Shown here: in pieces, positions 62,438 to 64,000 of the stretch
Numbering within the stretch: the first letter of the stretch is position 1
Layout of the letters: the number at the start of each line of letters is the position of its first letter
From: Bacteroidales bacterium
Lineage (GTDB): Bacteria; Bacteroidota; Bacteroidia; Bacteroidales; UBA3663
Direction: 5' to 3'
Length of the DNA stretch: 64,000 nt
Assembly (NCBI GenBank): GCA_045639585.1
Contig: JAZUDJ010000140.1
Span: 10,522 to 74,521 of the forward strand
Notes under the pieces: model-generated
What the model was told of the DNA's origin: nothing
What the model saw: the letters and a program-made list of their open reading frames with translations, nothing else
The model's database searches: none
Position numbers and translations under genes: made by a program

Positions 62438-62453
62438 ATATCTTGGTAATTAT

Positions 62454-63272
62454 TTAGTCGTGATAATTCTCTAATTTCTTTTGCACGCGGCTGAACATAT
62501 TTTCAACCTCCTTGCTATATTTTCCGTCTGGATAGTCATTGATAAAGGTATAATACTCATCGTATGCCTCACGAAGACGATCCTCCTCCTTCTCCTCAAC
62601 CGAGTTGATGGCAGCTTCATAACGAGCGCGGAAAATGATATAAGCCAGATCCTCGCGATACTTGCTATATGGGAATTCATTCTGGGCGTTACGAGCGGTA
62701 ATCACAGCCGACTCATAGTTATTACCCAAGTAAGTACCGAGGTTCAAATAAAGTTTTGCACTCAAATACTCTTTGTAGCAAAGTTTGTCTGTCAATTCCA
62801 GTCGCATCACTGCTGCGCTATCAGATAAAGCACTGTTCGGATAAGTTTCAATGAACTGGTCAATCTCCTTAATAGCACGACGAGTCACGTCCTGATCCAA
62901 ACGAGCATCTGGTGAATCTCTATAATCGCCATAAGCCACATTGAAACGAGCCTCCATAGCGTGTTTGCCTCGCGGATAGTTATTAGCATAACGAGCGAAA
63001 TACTCACCAGCTGACAGATAATCCTTCTGCTTGAAATAGCTCATAGCAAGCAACCACATAGAATTCTCTGCCTCCTCTGTACCACGGTAGATCTGCGTGC
63101 ATTCTGTCAGCAAAGTAGCAGCACGAGCATATTTGCCGTTTTCGTAATATACCTTAGCATACTCGTATTTCTCATCGATATCCGTACTCTTCAAGATACG
63201 ATTGTACTCGCCACATGAACAGAACAAAGTCATGCCAGCAAGCAGAACGAATATGATATTACTGATTCTCAT
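62454..63272 (-). CDS. bamD: Outer membrane protein assembly factor BamD
   Basis: Lipobox CSC, EYNRILKS, TPRs, SPDARLDQ, GNNYESAVI. Confidence 0.92.
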   Translation of the reverse strand: MRISNIIFVLLAGMTLFCSCGEYNRILKSTDIDEKYEYAKVYYENGKYARAATLLTECTQIYRGTEEAENSMWLLAMSYFKQKDYLSAGEYFARYANNYPRGKHAMEARFNVAYGDYRDSPDARLDQDVTRRAIKEIDQFIETYPNSALSDSAAVMRLELTDKLCYKEYLSAKLYLNLGTYLGNNYESAVITARNAQNEFPYSKYREDLAYIIFRARYEAAINSVEEKEEDRLREAYDEYYTFINDYPDGKYSKEVENMFSRVQKKLENYHD

Positions 63273-63393
63273 CTTAAAATATAACGAATTTGGGCGCAAA
63301 TATAATAATAATCACCCAAACTGCCAAATATTTGCATAAATAGTTGACCTTTTGGGTGATTATTTGAGGATATTTAATAATAGACTTGTCAAA

Positions 63394-63999
63394 TTAACTC
63401 TCTTCAACGATCTTGCGAAGCATATTCCTCAGCATAGTTTCTTGTTCGAAAAGACTATGGACAGGAACCTCATTCTGTTCGTGCATAGGACTCTTAAAGT
63501 AGAACGACAGCCACTTCTGAATACCCTTCATGCCACAACGTTTAGCCAAGTCACAGAGGAGAACCAAATCAAGAGCCAACGGAGCAGCCAGGATAGAATC
63601 TCGACAAAGGAAATTCACCTTGATCTGCATTGGATAACACATCCAGCCTACAATATCGATATTATCCCAAGCCTCCTTATTATCATTACGTGGAGGATAA
63701 TAGTTGATGCGCACTTTATGGTAGATGTCTCCGTATAAATCAGGATATTTCTCCGGTTCGAGAATCGAATCAATGACGCTCAACTTGCTCACTTCCTTAG
63801 TCTTGAAAGAATCTGGATCATCAAGCACCTCTCCATCTCGATTGCCTAAAATATTCGTTGAGAACCAACCTGCCAGACCTAACATTCTCGAATGGAATGC
63901 TGGAGCCAGAACAGTCTTCATCATAGTTTGGCCACTTTTATAGTCCTTTCCGCAGATAGGAACCTCCATCTTGTCGGCCAACTGCCACATTGCAGGGAA
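63394..63999 (-). CDS. ino1: Myo-inositol-1-phosphate synthase (5' truncated by window edge)
   Basis: GKDYKSGQT, NILGNRDG, NDNKEAWD, CRDSILAAP, FYFKSP. Confidence 0.92.
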   Translation of the reverse strand, partial: FPAMWQLADKMEVPICGKDYKSGQTMMKTVLAPAFHSRMLGLAGWFSTNILGNRDGEVLDDPDSFKTKEVSKLSVIDSILEPEKYPDLYGDIYHKVRINYYPPRNDNKEAWDNIDIVGWMCYPMQIKVNFLCRDSILAAPLALDLVLLCDLAKRCGMKGIQKWLSFYFKSPMHEQNEVPVHSLFEQETMLRNMLRKIVEES

Positions 64000-64000
64000 A

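Overview
A 64-kb chromosomal segment of a Bacteroidales bacterium (Prevotella/Bacteroidaceae-like: TAnnTTTG/TTTG promoters, porQ, DUF4954/DUF4293-rpoZ-bamD, ExbBD cluster). Most of it is housekeeping (thrA, mtaB, trpS, pfkA, ispH, cmk, pyrH, frr, rsgA, obgE, pgm, asnS, rluB, purB, ligA, bamD, partial ino1). There are two accessory blocks. The first is an AT-rich TPR / lipoprotein / WG-repeat island after trpS (~9.4-15.7 kb) with a repeat-dense left junction. The second is a surface-protein cassette between pgm and asnS (~39.1-46.4 kb): a 42-bp palindromic tandem array, two AraC regulators, a type-V-pilin-like adhesin with a C-terminus resembling DGR targets, a beta-helix + YWFD-repeat gene pair, and two paralogous peptides (38 and 48 aa, absent from the ORF track) that share a KKxYAKP...ADIIxTS motif and bracket the cassette. 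Other points of note are a pectin methylesterase-DUF1460 amidase fusion, a ~70-nt candidate sRNA delimited by its own promoter and terminator, and inverted heptamer repeats embedded in-frame in a NUDIX gene. I found no rRNA, tRNA, CRISPR array, transposase or integrase. All family calls come from recognising motifs by eye; no database search was run.
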